The notes beneath the pieces were generated by a model. That model saw nothing but the letters and a program-made list of their open reading frames with translations. It was not told the origin of the DNA and searched no databases. Both the position numbers and the translations under genes were made by a program. From Anaerolineales bacterium (GTDB lineage Bacteria; Chloroflexota; Anaerolineae; Anaerolineales; UBA11579), in NCBI GenBank assembly GCA_963662985.1, contig OY760067.1, forward strand, positions 1,502,100-1,566,099: a stretch of 64,000 nucleotides of DNA. The letters run 5' to 3'. Each line of letters opens with the position of its first letter. Positions within the stretch are counted from its first letter, which is position 1. Shown here in pieces: positions 63,693 through 64,000 of the stretch.

Positions 63693-63723
63693 ATTATACA
63701 ACGTTACGTTACGTAATGTGCAA
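63693..63723 (-). promoter_or_regulatory. MerR-type promoter with a 19-bp spacer containing a palindromic operator
   Basis: On the minus strand: TTGCAC (63718-63723), a 19-nt spacer, TATAAT (63693-63698). The spacer contains TTACGT-T-ACGTAA (63704-63716). Confidence 0.65.
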
Positions 63724-63795
63724 GGGTGAAAGTGGAAAATGTGCGTTTCAAAAGTCTAGCGGTATAATTTAACAAAAAAGGAAGTTTGCAGAGCT

Positions 63796-64000
63796 ATGAA
63801 AGAATGGACAAAACCAGGGTTGGCATTGCCGGAAGCATTGAAGGGCAATGAAACAGGAACTTTTGCAGGAAACACGGTGCGGAAACGGATGCCGGCGATT
63901 GGGCGAAAGATGATGGCGGATGCTTTCTTTGATGAGCCGACCAATGAGCGATTGCGAGATATGTTTGATGGGATGCCTGATGGAAAGATTACTTTGATGG
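63796..64000 (+). CDS. Hypothetical protein, 5' part only (possibly DUF89/ARMT1-like); runs off the right edge
   Basis: My translation reads MKEWTKPGLALPEALKGNETGTFAGNTVRKRMPAIGRKMMADAFFDEPTNERLRDMFDGMPDGKITLM. The G/T-ending codon usage matches the other plus-strand genes in this region. The family guess is weak. Confidence 0.4.
   Translation, partial: MKEWTKPGLALPEALKGNETGTFAGNTVRKRMPAIGRKMMADAFFDEPTNERLRDMFDGMPDGKITLM

Overview
Low-GC bacterial chromosome segment. All family calls come from reading the translations; no database search was run. Coordinates 1-13 kb hold a housekeeping block on the minus strand: recJ (partial), folA, thyA, ribF, truB, nrnA-like, rbfA, infB, ylxR, nusA and a fused glyQS. 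Coordinates 13-45 kb hold mixed metabolism and envelope genes: GH1 beta-glucosidase, PrsW, a TIGR03960/TIGR03936 radical-SAM pair, glgP, a LysM surface protein, an L,D-transpeptidase, PBP1A, sdaA, ldh, uppP, tgt and rarA. From 45.9 kb come yhhN, era, tRNA-Ser(CGA), an AT-rich island, then MFS/ABC/MerR transport genes. Four things stand out. (1) At 18.9-23.1 kb, a many-TM HisKA_3 kinase, a 30-codon Trp-containing ORF (ends GWFDWA), a divergent polyprenyl-synthetase-fold protein and a LuxR-type response regulator reproduce the parts list of the Bacillus ComQXPA prenylated-pheromone system, but in a scrambled gene order. (2) The island at 47.8-53.7 kb lies beside tRNA-Ser. It carries five tandem ~213-aa six-TM paralogs in an A-B-A-B-A pattern (one killed by an 8-bp duplication) and a second two-copy family. 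No mobility genes are visible. (3) On the island's left edge sits a perfect TTGACA-N17-TATAAT promoter fused to a perfect GAAC-N4-GTTC SOS box, with no ORF downstream. (4) There is a sharp compositional discontinuity. From about 45.9 kb the plus strand is G-rich whichever way genes point, so minus-strand genes there are C-rich and G-poor, and many long shadow ORFs appear. In the left 16 kb the polarity is opposite. Several unexplained repeat arrays in non-coding DNA are also recorded.
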